DNA from: an uncultured Arcobacteraceae bacterium
GTDB lineage: Bacteria; Campylobacterota; Campylobacteria; Campylobacterales; Arcobacteraceae
Reading direction: 5' to 3'
Assembly: GCA_964022095.1 (NCBI GenBank)
Contig: CAXHZO010000001.1
Span: 224,001-288,000 of the forward strand
Length of the DNA stretch: 64,000 nucleotides
In this document: positions 41,194 through 51,927 of the stretch, one piece after another
Layout of the letters: the number at the start of each line of letters is the position of its first letter
Position numbering within the stretch: the stretch's first letter is position 1
The notes under the pieces: generated by a model
What the model was told of the DNA's origin: nothing
Seen by the model: only the letters and a program-made list of their open reading frames with translations
Databases searched by the model: none
Position numbers and translations under genes: made by a program

Positions 41194-41250
41194 ATTATAA
41201 AATAAGTTTATAGCCCTCGTATAGCCCTAAAATAGCGTATTTATAGCGAA
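41194..41250 (-). promoter_or_regulatory. Four-fold 11-bp direct repeat operator plus -10 box
   Basis: TAGC at 41211, 41222, 41233, 41244; minus-strand TATAAT at 41199-41194, 10 bp from the last repeat. Confidence 0.75.
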
Positions 41251-41285
41251 TGTTTTTTATACAAGTGTATAAATAAAACTATGTA

Positions 41286-42254
41286 CTAAACAGTTCCCTG
41301 CTCGTACATAGCTCTGATTTTTTCTTTCTCTTTTTGTCTTTTTAACTTTTCTGCTTCTTTTGATCTAAAATTAGCAATTGAAAATTTTAATTGAACTAAA
41401 AATGATGCTGCGATAAAAATAGATGAATAAGTACCTACAATAATACCTACAAGCATTGTAAAGGCAAATCCATGAATAATCTCTCCACCAAAGAAGAATA
41501 GCGTAATAACAACAAAGAATGTTGTTAATGACGTAAGAGTTGTTCTTGATAATGTTTTACTCACTGATTCATTTACAACTTTTTCTAATACTGATTCTTT
41601 AGAAGTTTGAACTCCCTCTCTAATCCTATCAAATACAATAATTGTATCGTTTAGCGAGTATCCTAAGATTGTAAGAATAGCAGCTAAAATATCTAAATTT
41701 ACTTCAATATTAAATAGAGCAATTGCACCAAGTGCAATAGTAACATCATGTGCTAAAGCCAAAATAGAAGCAACGGCAAATCTCCACTCAAATCTAAATG
41801 ATACATAGATTAAGATTACAAGTAATGATAAACCTAACGCCATAAGACCTTTTTCTCTAAGCTCTCCACCAACTTTTGGTCCAACCATATCAACTCTTCT
41901 GATTTCAAACTTACCAGTTGAGTCTAAGATTTTGTGCATCTCATCACCGATGTCATTAGCTAAGTTACTTGAAGTACCCTTAACTCTAATTACAATCTCT
42001 TCAGGAGACCCAAACTCTGTAATTGAAGAGTTTGTATATTTCGTCTTATCTAGTGTTTCTCTAATTTTATCAATTGGTGCTTTTTGTTCATATTGAACTT
42101 GAACAACCGTACCACCTGCAAAGTCAATACCAAAATTTACACCCTTTGTAAAAAGTAAAACTATTGAAGCAATAACTAAAAGACTTGATAAACCTAAAAA
42201 AGGTAATCTCTTTGACATAAAGTCAAATGTTTTATCTACTTTGAAAAATTCCAT
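41286..42254 (-). CDS. secF: Protein translocase subunit SecF
   Basis: GIDFAGG, VGPKVG, GYSLNDTIIVFDRIRE. Confidence 0.97.
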   Translation of the reverse strand: MEFFKVDKTFDFMSKRLPFLGLSSLLVIASIVLLFTKGVNFGIDFAGGTVVQVQYEQKAPIDKIRETLDKTKYTNSSITEFGSPEEIVIRVKGTSSNLANDIGDEMHKILDSTGKFEIRRVDMVGPKVGGELREKGLMALGLSLLVILIYVSFRFEWRFAVASILALAHDVTIALGAIALFNIEVNLDILAAILTILGYSLNDTIIVFDRIREGVQTSKESVLEKVVNESVSKTLSRTTLTSLTTFFVVITLFFFGGEIIHGFAFTMLVGIIVGTYSSIFIAASFLVQLKFSIANFRSKEAEKLKRQKEKEKIRAMYEQGTV

Positions 42255-43822
42255 TATTTAACTCCAAACCATTTTTTCTTATCTTTACTTTGCATAATTT
42301 TTGGTAATAATGCTTCATAAATACCATGTGTTCCTAAAATAGCAGTTAGCATTGATGCTAAAATACCAATAGAAATTGTTACTGCAAAACCTTTAATAGG
42401 TCCAGTTCCATATGCATATAAAATCACAGCAACTAAAAGAGTAGTAATATTTGCATCTAAAATTGCTCTCATTGCATTTGAATACCCATCTTCAATAGCT
42501 TTTGGAATAGATAAACCTTCTCTTAAAAGCTCTCTAATCCTTTCACTAATAATAACATTTGCATCAACTGCCATACCAACAGTAAGTACAATACCAGCCA
42601 TTCCTGGTAATGTTAAAGTTGCTCCAAACATTGCCATAACTGCAATGATAATAAAGATATTTGTAATAAGGGCAATATTAGCAATAATACCAGCTCGTCT
42701 ATAATAAATAATCATAAAGATAAATACCAAAACAAAACCAGAAATAAGTGCAATTGTAGAAGCTTTGATAGAATCAGCACCTAAGCTTGGCCCTACACTT
42801 CTTTTTTCTAAAAGATTAACAGAAGCTGGTAATGCACCACTTCTTAGTGCAATTGCAACATTTCCTGCTTCTGCTACAGTAAATCCACCAGAAATCTGTC
42901 CACTTCCGCCACCAATTCTTTCTCTAATATTTGGTGCAGAGTATACTTTTCCATCTAAAACAACTGCAAGTCTTTTTCCAACACTTTTAGCTGTAAAATC
43001 TCCAAAAATTCTTGCTCCACTTGAATTAAGTGTAAAATTAATAATTGGTTGATTAGCTTGATCAAAAGCCACTTGTGCATCAATAATTTGACTACCATTT
43101 AAGATTGGAATCTCTCTTACTAGATATTTTGTTGAAGCATCATTTGTATCTTCTAAGATTATATCACCATATTGTGAAGCTTGAGAAGCACTCATAGTAT
43201 AAACTTGATCTGCTCTTTCTTCATCAACAGCCATTAACTCTAAATTTGCAGGCTTAGAAATAAGTTCTCTTGCAGCCTTTTCATCTTCAGCAGTTTTTAT
43301 ACCTGGAAGTTGTACTACAATATCTGTATTTCCTTGTCTTACAACTGTTGGCTCTGATAAACCAAATTGGTCAAGTCTATTTCTGATTGTTTCAACAACT
43401 TGTGCAACTGCAAAATCTTTTGTTTTTGCGATATCATCACTTGTTAAAGTCAACATATAATCTTGGTCAGTTTTAGTAACTTCAAGGCCTGTTATAGATG
43501 TTTTTAACATTTCATCCATTTTAGGCATTTCATCTGGGTCTAAAACTGTAAAAGTAACACTATCATCGTTTATCGATAATCCGTCTAATAAAATCTCTTC
43601 ATCATCTGCAAAATATTTTACTGAAGATGCAATTGATTTAATTTTAGCAGTTACGGCTTCTTCAGTGTTAACACCTAAAAGCATATGTAATCCACCTTGT
43701 AAATCAAGTCCTAGTGAGATTTTTTTTCCTGTATCTGTTTGCATAAGTGAAGGGATAGAAAAGAATATACCAAATACAATACTTAATGCAAATATTATGA
43801 ATCTATAATTAAAGATTTTCAA
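42254..43822 (-). CDS. secD: Protein translocase subunit SecD
   Basis: LGLDLQGG, VGPSLG, GMAVDANV; TTG start. Confidence 0.97.
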   Translation of the reverse strand: MKIFNYRFIIFALSIVFGIFFSIPSLMQTDTGKKISLGLDLQGGLHMLLGVNTEEAVTAKIKSIASSVKYFADDEEILLDGLSINDDSVTFTVLDPDEMPKMDEMLKTSITGLEVTKTDQDYMLTLTSDDIAKTKDFAVAQVVETIRNRLDQFGLSEPTVVRQGNTDIVVQLPGIKTAEDEKAARELISKPANLELMAVDEERADQVYTMSASQASQYGDIILEDTNDASTKYLVREIPILNGSQIIDAQVAFDQANQPIINFTLNSSGARIFGDFTAKSVGKRLAVVLDGKVYSAPNIRERIGGGSGQISGGFTVAEAGNVAIALRSGALPASVNLLEKRSVGPSLGADSIKASTIALISGFVLVFIFMIIYYRRAGIIANIALITNIFIIIAVMAMFGATLTLPGMAGIVLTVGMAVDANVIISERIRELLREGLSIPKAIEDGYSNAMRAILDANITTLLVAVILYAYGTGPIKGFAVTISIGILASMLTAILGTHGIYEALLPKIMQSKDKKKWFGVK

Positions 43823-43855
43823 TCTTAATCCTTAGTAGGTAAAATTTGAGGTATG

Positions 43856-43884
43856 TAAAACATGTAAGAAACTTACATGTTTTA
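43856..43884. terminator. Hairpin between yajC and secD
   Basis: TAAAACATGTAAG-aaa-CTTACATGTTTTA. Confidence 0.5.
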
Positions 43885-43893
43885 GATAATTGT

Positions 43894-44169
43894 TTAGTCT
43901 TCTAAAAGCTTAGCTACAAACTCTTTCATAAGTTTTAGTTCAGAACCATCATTGTTTTTAACAACAAAATATGTTTCTTCAACTTTTGTAACTTCAACGA
44001 TTAAGCCACCATTTGTTACAATTTTATCACCTTTTTTTAAGTTAGCCACCATTTCTTTATGAGCTTTCGCTTGTTTTTGTTGTGGTCTAATTATTAAAAA
44101 ATAGAATATTGCAAATAATGCAACAAGAGGTAGTAATGAGCTTATTAAATCAGCGCTTGAACCTTCCAT
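43894..44169 (-). CDS. yajC: Preprotein translocase subunit YajC
   Basis: FYFLIIRPQQKQ...LKKGDKIVTNGG; ATG 44169 follows AAGGA. Confidence 0.95.
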   Translation of the reverse strand: MEGSSADLISSLLPLVALFAIFYFLIIRPQQKQAKAHKEMVANLKKGDKIVTNGGLIVEVTKVEETYFVVKNNDGSELKLMKEFVAKLLED

Positions 44170-44197
44170 CAAATTTCCTTTTAAAAAGTAGTCTATT

Positions 44198-45430
44198 ATG
44201 TTTTTAGCAAAACGCAAACATTCTAACAAAAACTTTATAATAAAAGGCTTGATTACAGCCATATTATTTAGTGCATTTATATACTTGAGCTATTTTGATA
44301 TTCAAATAAAACTAATTGATACTATTTTTTCTATAGTTGCATTTTATTTACTTCTAGTAATTCCTAGAAAATCTATGTTTATTGCAGGGTTTTTTATTGG
44401 GATTTTGTGGTGCTATTGGATGGCTGTAAGTTTAAAATATTATGAATTAGTTTATTTAACACCTGTTTTATTAATAGCTATTGGATTAGTTTATGGGTTA
44501 ATATTTTATCTATTTACAATTTATGACAAAGTTGCTTTTAGAGTTTTGGCTATATTTGGTTTTAGTTTTTTAATTCCATTTGGTTTTAATTGGATAAAAC
44601 CTGAACTTCTATTTGTAAACTCTTATATTGGAACTACAAAGACTGATTTATTTTTAATTTTATTTGGACTATTTTTAATAATTAAACTAAAAAGAATGAA
44701 AATTATTGGTTTAATACCATTGATTTTTGCAATAACTTTACCAAAAGGTGAATTAATTGATAATCCAAATGTAAAAATATATATGCCTCAAATGAGTATA
44801 AATCAAAGTTTAAAATGGGATAAAGAGTATAAAAATACCCTTTTTGAAAAAAACTATGAGCAAATTATAACAGCTATAGAAAAAGGCAGTGAGCTTATAG
44901 TTTTACCAGAGACTTCATTTGCTACTGCTTTAAACTATGATAAAGAAAATTATCAAAGATTAACAGACTTATCAAATGACATTGACATAATTACAGGAGC
45001 ATTATTATATGAAAATGAACAGATTTATAATGCCACATATCATTTTTCAAAAGGCCAAGTAAAAACTGCAAAAAAAGTAGTTTTAGTTCCATTTGGGGAA
45101 GAAATTCCACTTCCAAAATTTGCAGTTGATTTAATAAATGATATTTTTTACGGTGGAGCTAGTGATTACTCAAAAGCAGACAAGCCAACAGATTTTATAA
45201 TAAATGGTGAAAAGTTTAGAAATGCAATTTGTTATGAAGCAACAACTGATAAAATTTTCGAAGAATTAAATGGTATAAAATACATGATTGCCATTTCAAA
45301 CAACGCTTGGTTTACACCATCAATTGAACCAACTTTACAAAGTTTACTTTTAAAATACTATTCTAAAAAATACGCTGTAACAATTTTTCATGTAGTAAAT
45401 GGAAGTAAAAACAACATATTTAGGCCATAA
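44198..45430 (+). CDS. lnt: Apolipoprotein N-acyltransferase
   Basis: LPETSF, KVVLVPFGEEIP, AICYE, SNNAWF. Confidence 0.93.
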   Translation: MFLAKRKHSNKNFIIKGLITAILFSAFIYLSYFDIQIKLIDTIFSIVAFYLLLVIPRKSMFIAGFFIGILWCYWMAVSLKYYELVYLTPVLLIAIGLVYGLIFYLFTIYDKVAFRVLAIFGFSFLIPFGFNWIKPELLFVNSYIGTTKTDLFLILFGLFLIIKLKRMKIIGLIPLIFAITLPKGELIDNPNVKIYMPQMSINQSLKWDKEYKNTLFEKNYEQIITAIEKGSELIVLPETSFATALNYDKENYQRLTDLSNDIDIITGALLYENEQIYNATYHFSKGQVKTAKKVVLVPFGEEIPLPKFAVDLINDIFYGGASDYSKADKPTDFIINGEKFRNAICYEATTDKIFEELNGIKYMIAISNNAWFTPSIEPTLQSLLLKYYSKKYAVTIFHVVNGSKNNIFRP

Positions 45431-45434
45431 AAGA

Positions 45435-46835
45435 TTAAAGATATTTCTCTTTAATCTTTTCTACAATCTCATCTTTTTGCATATGCTCATCTATTTGTAA
45501 ATCAAAAGCAAAGTCAAGTATTTCTTTAAATTTTTTTGATGGCTTTAATCCTAACTCTATTAAATTTCTACCTTGAACAAATGGTTTGATTGGTTCGTTA
45601 TGTATTTCAAGCTCTTTTGCTTTTTGTAATAACCAAGCTGTAGCTTTGTGACATTTATCTTTATAAGGAATACTTCTACCTAAACAATCAGCTAGGCAAA
45701 CTAAACATAAATCTTCAATATTTACTTTTAGTGATAATCTTTTTACTGCCTTTTCACTTGATTGTGCTAAATACAGCTGAAAAGGTGCAAGATGGTTTTT
45801 GACTAAAGTACAAACTATATCTATAAATTTTTTCTCATTTGTTAGTTTTGATAAAAAAGAAATAGTAGGTTCAAGGCCTAATGCTTCATGTTTATGTGAA
45901 GTAATTTTTCCATTTATCTGTTTTGTACAAAAAGGCTTTCCTAAATCATGACAAAGAATCCCATAAAACAGATATAGTTTTCTGTATTCATCTTCTATAT
46001 TTTCATCTTTTATTATCTTTGCTAATTCATCAATTGTCATTAAAGTATGAATCCAAACATCACCTTCTGGATGATACTCTTCATCTTGAATACATCCAAT
46101 TAAAACTTGTAATTCACTAAAATATTTTAAAAGCCCTAGCTCTTTAAGAGCTTCAAACCCAATTGATGGTTTTGGTGATTTTAAAAATAGTTTTTTAAAC
46201 TCTTCATAGATTCGCTCTTTTGGTAAATACTTACACTCAGCATCACTAACAATTTGTTTACAAAGCTTTTTAGTTTTTTCATCAATTTTTAAATCAAATC
46301 TAGAGACAAACTGAACAGCTCTATAAACTCTTAAACTATCTTCAATAAATGTCTTATCATCAATATGTTTTAAGTTTTTACTTTTAATGTCATCTAAACC
46401 ATTAAAAGGGTCTAGAAACTCTTTTGAGTTATAATCATATCCTATTGCATTTATAGTAAAGTCTCTTCTTATAGCTGCTTGTTTGAAGCTTAAACTAGCA
46501 TCACTTACTATTTCGAAGTCTTGGTGAGAAGTACCTATTTTCTTTTCAGTTCTAGGCAGTGCAAAATCAAAATCATATTCATCAACTTTTAAAGTCAAAA
46601 CCCCAAAAGATTTACCTACAAGTTTAACATTTCCAAATTTTTGTAAAGTTTTATGAATTGTATCTAAGCAGTCTAATCCAAATAATTCTATATCAAAATC
46701 TTTATTTGGAATATTAAAAAAATAGTCTCTAACACAGCCACCTACTAAAACTGGCTTTACACCAATTTTTAGTAGGTCGTTTAATATGTTTTCTAAAACA
46801 ACGGGAATATTAATCGTTGTTGTAGTGGTGAACAT
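45435..46835 (-). CDS. cca: CCA tRNA nucleotidyltransferase with HD domain
   Basis: VGGCVRD, DFDIE, RRDFTINA, HPEGDVWIHT, HDLGKP; ATG 46835 chosen, start uncertain. Confidence 0.9.
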   Translation of the reverse strand: MFTTTTTINIPVVLENILNDLLKIGVKPVLVGGCVRDYFFNIPNKDFDIELFGLDCLDTIHKTLQKFGNVKLVGKSFGVLTLKVDEYDFDFALPRTEKKIGTSHQDFEIVSDASLSFKQAAIRRDFTINAIGYDYNSKEFLDPFNGLDDIKSKNLKHIDDKTFIEDSLRVYRAVQFVSRFDLKIDEKTKKLCKQIVSDAECKYLPKERIYEEFKKLFLKSPKPSIGFEALKELGLLKYFSELQVLIGCIQDEEYHPEGDVWIHTLMTIDELAKIIKDENIEDEYRKLYLFYGILCHDLGKPFCTKQINGKITSHKHEALGLEPTISFLSKLTNEKKFIDIVCTLVKNHLAPFQLYLAQSSEKAVKRLSLKVNIEDLCLVCLADCLGRSIPYKDKCHKATAWLLQKAKELEIHNEPIKPFVQGRNLIELGLKPSKKFKEILDFAFDLQIDEHMQKDEIVEKIKEKYL

Positions 46836-47619
46836 CTTGTTGTGGGAATGGAATTGAGATTCCTTCTTTATCAAATGTTAATTTGATATTCTCTGTTAAA
46901 TCAAATTTAACTGCCCAATAATCAGGAGTATTAACCCAAGCTCTAACTACAAAGTTTACAGAAGAATCAGCTAATTCTGCAACTGCAACAGTTACACCTT
47001 CATCAACTAAAACTCTTTCATCTGAAGTAATGATAGTATTTAAAACTTCTTTTGCTTTTTTAATGTCATCATCATAACCAATACCAACTACTAAATCAAC
47101 TCTTCTTGTTGGTTTAGCATTTACATTTGTAATAGTTCCTGATGTAATAGCACCATTTGGTACAATTAAAGTTTGGTTATCTCCAGTTTTTAATAAAGTA
47201 TTAAAAATAGTGATCTCTTCAACCGAACCACTTACACCACCAGCGTTAATGAAATCACCAACTTTAAATGGTCTAAACATTATAATCATAACTCCTGATG
47301 CAAAATTGCTTAATGAGTCTTTTAATGCTAAACCAATAGCTAAACCAGCAGCACCTAAAATAGCTAAGAATGAAGTTGTATCAACTCCAAGTTGCTCTAA
47401 TGCTGTTAATAAAACAACAATCATTAAAATATAGTAAATGATATTACTTAAAAATTTTAGTAATGTTTCATCAACCTTTCCTGTTTTTCTAGTAATCTTT
47501 ACTACTAAATCTGTAAGTTTTCTAGCAACCCACTTACCAACATAAAAAATTGCAATTGCAATTACTAATTTTAATGCATAATCACTAATTAGATCTACCA
47601 TAGAAGCGTCCATATACAA
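46810..47619 (-). CDS. mscS: Small-conductance mechanosensitive channel
   Basis: GAAGLAIGLALKDSLSNFASG, RPFKVGD, GISIPFPQ. Confidence 0.93.
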   Translation of the reverse strand: MYMDASMVDLISDYALKLVIAIAIFYVGKWVARKLTDLVVKITRKTGKVDETLLKFLSNIIYYILMIVVLLTALEQLGVDTTSFLAILGAAGLAIGLALKDSLSNFASGVMIIMFRPFKVGDFINAGGVSGSVEEITIFNTLLKTGDNQTLIVPNGAITSGTITNVNAKPTRRVDLVVGIGYDDDIKKAKEVLNTIITSDERVLVDEGVTVAVAELADSSVNFVVRAWVNTPDYWAVKFDLTENIKLTFDKEGISIPFPQQDVHHYNND

Positions 47620-47665
47620 TAATCCTTTTTAATTTTTGCGTATTATATCACAGTAACCTAATAAA

Positions 47666-49372
47666 TTATTTTAAAAGTTCTGCTAATTTTTGTGAAACTT
47701 CATCAATTGAAACTTCTTGTTTTTCTAATGTTTTTCTGTCAACAATTTCTACAAGTCCATCTTGTAATTTTTTACCAATAATTACAGCATATGGGAATCC
47801 TAATAATTCAAAATCTCCCATTTTAAATCCAAATCTCTCTTTTTTTCTATCATCAATAATAGTTTCAATACCATTTGATTTTAGTTCTTCATAAATTTTC
47901 ATACCAGCTTCAAGCTCATCATCTTTTTTTGCATTTGAAACAATTACATGTGCCTTAAAAGGTGCAGTCTCTTTTGTCCAAATACAACCTTTTTCATCAT
48001 GATTTTGTTCAATCACGGCAGCAACTAATCTTGAAACTCCAACTCCATAACATCCCATTTCAAATGCTTTTGCTTTTCCGTTTTCATCTAAGAATTTTGC
48101 ATCCATAGCTTCTGAATATTTATTTCCAAGTTGGAAAATATGTCCAGCTTCAATACCTTTTGTATATGATAATGTTCCATTACAATGAGCACAAGAATCA
48201 CCTTCTTGAACTGCAATTAAATCTTTGAAGTTTAAATCTTTCATTGATGTTAAATCAACACCTTTTAAGTGATAATTCTCTTCATTTGCTCCACATACTA
48301 AGTTGTTGTCTTCTTTTAATTCATTATCAACTACAACTTTTACACCTTCAGGAAGTCCAACAATTCCACAATATCCAGCAACTAAACCAGCTGAAATAAT
48401 ATCTTCATCATTTGCATCTTCTAATTCTAAAGCATTAACAGCATTACAAGCTTTTGTTTCTTCTAATTCATCGCAACCTCTTACAAAGAAAACTACAACT
48501 TGAGTCTCTTCTTCATAAATAGCTTTTTTAATAACTGCTTTCATTGAATAATATGAATCAGCATTTAAAAAATTGCTTACATCTTCAATTGTTTTGCAAT
48601 TTGGAGTTTCAACTTTCTCTTGAGCAATAGTTTCTAGTTTTTCTTTTTTGTTTGGTTTTCTAACGGCTGCTTCAATATTTGCTCCATAATCACATGAATC
48701 ACAAACAACAATTGTATCTTCCCCACTATTGGCTAAAACATGAAACTCTTTAGAACCACTTCCACCAATAGCACCACTATCAGCTTCAACTACTCTAAAT
48801 TCTAAACCTAATCTAGTATAGATTTTTTTATAAGTCTCTTCCATTAGATTGAATTCTCTTACTAAATCTTCAGTATTACTGTGGAAAGAGTATCCATCTT
48901 TCATTAAAAATTCTCTACCTCTCATAAGACCAAATCTTGGTCTTGCTTCATCTCTAAATTTTGTATTTATTTGATATAAATGAACTGGTAAATCTCTATA
49001 TGAAGTAATTCTATTTTTAACCATATTTACAACGGCTTCTTCATTTGTTGGAGATAAAACATAATCACCATTTTTTCTATCTTTGAATCTTAACAGTTCA
49101 CTTCCCATTGTTGTAGCACGACCAGACTCTTCCCATAATGATAAGGGTGTCACAAATCCAAATTGAACTTCATTTGCACCTGCATTGTCCATCTCTTCTT
49201 TTACCACAGCTCTAATTTTATCAAGAACAATTTTTCCTAATGGCATAAAATCATAAATTCCAGCACCTGTTTGAGCTATAAATCCACCTCTGATTAAAAA
49301 TTGGTGTGATGGCAGTGTCGCATCATTTGGTGTTTCTTTTGTAGTTGGAATAAACATTTGAGAAAATTTCAT
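47666..49372 (-). CDS. proS: Proline--tRNA ligase
   Basis: [38 protein letters not shown]. Confidence 0.98.
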   Translation of the reverse strand: MKFSQMFIPTTKETPNDATLPSHQFLIRGGFIAQTGAGIYDFMPLGKIVLDKIRAVVKEEMDNAGANEVQFGFVTPLSLWEESGRATTMGSELLRFKDRKNGDYVLSPTNEEAVVNMVKNRITSYRDLPVHLYQINTKFRDEARPRFGLMRGREFLMKDGYSFHSNTEDLVREFNLMEETYKKIYTRLGLEFRVVEADSGAIGGSGSKEFHVLANSGEDTIVVCDSCDYGANIEAAVRKPNKKEKLETIAQEKVETPNCKTIEDVSNFLNADSYYSMKAVIKKAIYEEETQVVVFFVRGCDELEETKACNAVNALELEDANDEDIISAGLVAGYCGIVGLPEGVKVVVDNELKEDNNLVCGANEENYHLKGVDLTSMKDLNFKDLIAVQEGDSCAHCNGTLSYTKGIEAGHIFQLGNKYSEAMDAKFLDENGKAKAFEMGCYGVGVSRLVAAVIEQNHDEKGCIWTKETAPFKAHVIVSNAKKDDELEAGMKIYEELKSNGIETIIDDRKKERFGFKMGDFELLGFPYAVIIGKKLQDGLVEIVDRKTLEKQEVSIDEVSQKLAELLK

Positions 49373-49391
49373 TTATAATCGTCCTATTTTT

Positions 49392-50690
49392 TTAATTTTT
49401 TATTAGATGTTCACATCTATATTTTTCACTTAAGTCTGCATCATTGCTAAGTCCAAACATTTTTTGAATAGATCCTACAACAACATCACACTCCATGTTT
49501 TGTGAAATATCTTTTAACTCTTTTGAAGGAGTATGTAAATACTCAGTTAATACTGTTTGACAAAGTTTTCTAATATTGTCTTCATCTTCAGGATTGATAA
49601 ATCCTTTTTTAATAGCATTTTTTAATTTCTTTTCAATTACTTCATCACCTTTTGTATAAAGGTGTTTTACAACTGGTTCAATTTCAAGTGATTTTAACCA
49701 CTCAAAAAACTCCATTGACATTTTACTAACAATTGAATATGCAGTTTTAGCTTGCTCTGCTCTTAAACTCATATTTTCATTTACAATCTCTTGTAAATCA
49801 TCAACTGAGTAGATTTGTAGATTTGGTAAATCTATATTATCATCAATATCTCTTGGCACGGCTATATCAAACCAATATCTATTAAAACTAGCTTCTGGTG
49901 TATTATCTGGTGTGATAATAGGATAAGGAGCAGAAGTTGCTGTAATCATAACTGATACTTGTCCTAATAGTGACCTTAAGTTTTCATAAGGAGCAATATC
50001 AATATTTCCATCAAATGTTTCAGCTAGACTTTTTGCTTTTTTTATATTTCTACTTGTAATAATTACATCAAATCCTGATGAAATCAAGTGCTTAACTGTA
50101 AGTTCACTCATTTCACCAGCGCCTATTACTAAAGCTTTAATACCAGAAGTATTTCCTATAATCTCTTTTGCTTTTGCAACAGCTGTTGAAGCAACTGATA
50201 CTGAACCAGTTCCTAAACTTGTAGCATTTCTTACATTTGCAGCACATTTAAAAGCAAACTGCATAACCCTTGTAATATTTTGTGAACAGTAACCTTTGCC
50301 TTGTGAGTATCTAAAAGCATCTTTTAATTGTCCTACAATTTGTGTCTCACCAATTACAAGTGAATCAAGTGCAGAGGCCACTGTAAATAAGTGATGAACT
50401 GCACCATCATTGTCATAAATATCAGCTCTTTTATATAGCTTATCAAACTCAACACCTGAAAACTCAGATATTCTTTGAACTATATCTTTTGAACTATTTT
50501 TAATATTTGATGATCTTGTAATGATTTCAACCCTGTTACATGTTGACAATACAACTGCTTCTTTTGTAGTTTCACAGGCTAAAATATTTCTTAAAAATCT
50601 ATCTTTTAATTGTTCATCATTAAAAGCTAGTTTTTCTCTCATTTCAATATCAGTATTTTTATGGGAAAAACTAATTACCAAATAACTCAT
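49392..50690 (-). CDS. hemA: Glutamyl-tRNA reductase
   Basis: LSTCNRVE, LDSLVIGETQI, GAGEM, DIAVPRD. Confidence 0.97.
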   Translation of the reverse strand: MSYLVISFSHKNTDIEMREKLAFNDEQLKDRFLRNILACETTKEAVVLSTCNRVEIITRSSNIKNSSKDIVQRISEFSGVEFDKLYKRADIYDNDGAVHHLFTVASALDSLVIGETQIVGQLKDAFRYSQGKGYCSQNITRVMQFAFKCAANVRNATSLGTGSVSVASTAVAKAKEIIGNTSGIKALVIGAGEMSELTVKHLISSGFDVIITSRNIKKAKSLAETFDGNIDIAPYENLRSLLGQVSVMITATSAPYPIITPDNTPEASFNRYWFDIAVPRDIDDNIDLPNLQIYSVDDLQEIVNENMSLRAEQAKTAYSIVSKMSMEFFEWLKSLEIEPVVKHLYTKGDEVIEKKLKNAIKKGFINPEDEDNIRKLCQTVLTEYLHTPSKELKDISQNMECDVVVGSIQKMFGLSNDADLSEKYRCEHLIKN

Positions 50691-50693
50691 TTA

Positions 50694-51593
50694 CTAAAAC
50701 TCTCTTTCAGTCATTGCTTTCATTATCATAATAAGAGTCTCACTATTTTCTTCACCATTTACAACTTCAATTGCTTCATTTCCTAATTTCTTAGCTAATG
50801 AAATTGAATCATTTAAAGCATTTGTTTGGTTTAATTGCTCTTTTATCCAATTTGATTGTTCAGCATTTAACTCTTTTTTATATAAAGACTCTAATGTATT
50901 TTTATCTTCTATTCTTTCATGTAATAATAAATATGGAATTGTTACTTTACCCTCAACAAAATCAAGCATTGCAGGTTTTCCTAAAGTAGCACTATCAGCA
51001 GTAATGTCTAAAATATCATCAATCATTTGAAATGCAAGTCCTAAGTTTTTACCATATAATGCATATTTTTCTTCGTCAAGTCCTGCTAAAATAGCAGCTG
51101 CTTTTGCACTAGCTTCAATTAATGATGCAGTTTTTTTATAAATCATATCAAGATATTTATCATATGAAGTATTAAAACTATTTGTTAAATCTACATCTAA
51201 CATCTCTCCAATACTAAGTAATGTTACAGCATTTGATACAGTATAAGCAATTTTTTTATCCATTTGAGATAATTCAGTAAATGCACGTGAGTATAAAATA
51301 TCTCCAAACATAATTGAAGTTTTATTATCATAAAGTGCATTTACACTAGGTTTACCTCTTCTAGTATCTGCTTCATCAATTACATCATCATGTAAAAGCG
51401 ATGCTGCATGAATCATCTCAACTACTGCACATAGCTTTATTGACTCTTCATTTATTCCTGCAATTTTAAGTATTAGCTTACTTCTTAGCATCTTTCCAGT
51501 TGCTAACTTTTCTAATAACTCTAAACTTTTTTCATCATTGCATTCTTGAACAAATTGCTTAATTTGATTTTTTACTTGTTGTAACTCTTCCAC
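50694..51593 (-). CDS. ispB: Long-chain polyprenyl diphosphate synthase
   Basis: ASLLHDDVID...RRG, FQMIDDILD. Confidence 0.88.
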   Translation of the reverse strand: MEELQQVKNQIKQFVQECNDEKSLELLEKLATGKMLRSKLILKIAGINEESIKLCAVVEMIHAASLLHDDVIDEADTRRGKPSVNALYDNKTSIMFGDILYSRAFTELSQMDKKIAYTVSNAVTLLSIGEMLDVDLTNSFNTSYDKYLDMIYKKTASLIEASAKAAAILAGLDEEKYALYGKNLGLAFQMIDDILDITADSATLGKPAMLDFVEGKVTIPYLLLHERIEDKNTLESLYKKELNAEQSNWIKEQLNQTNALNDSISLAKKLGNEAIEVVNGEENSETLIMIMKAMTEREF

Positions 51594-51601
51594 TAAATTT
51601 C

Positions 51602-51904
51602 CTATGAATCTAATCTACAAATAATTTCACCAGTAAATTCAACATAAAGACCTTTTTTCATATTATTAACGTCTTGTTCATTATCAAATTTGTATGTTTC
51701 AATCTCTTTATTTAAATCGAAATCTTCACCCTTATCTTTTGAATACATCATCTCTAATACAGCAAGCTTTTCTATAACTTTATCCCACTCTTCTTCAACG
51801 ATATCTTGAGATGCTTCTCTACTTACATCAAAAAATTTTGATTTAGGACTTCCCATAAACATATCATCTTCATCTTCTGTAAACCAATCTTTAAACGATG
51901 CCAT
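51602..51904 (-). CDS. DUF2018 family protein
   Basis: FMGSPKSKFFDV motif; position upstream of ispB. Confidence 0.75.
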   Translation of the reverse strand: MASFKDWFTEDEDDMFMGSPKSKFFDVSREASQDIVEEEWDKVIEKLAVLEMMYSKDKGEDFDLNKEIETYKFDNEQDVNNMKKGLYVEFTGEIICRLDS

Positions 51905-51927
51905 AATAATTTCCTTTTTTCTTTTTC

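Noticed and set aside
41205-41250. ATAGC repeats as a mini-CRISPR or iteron array
   Set aside because: Units are 4-5 bp at 11-bp period with no spacers, cas or rep genes; an operator fits better
43894-44262. Long yajC start overlapping lnt
   Set aside because: ATG at 44169 has an SD and gives a typical YajC length; the extension is unsupported
46810-46874. cca start at 46874 overlapping mscS by 65 nt
   Set aside because: The extension is an alternative frame of the mscS C-terminus; a later ATG is more plausible
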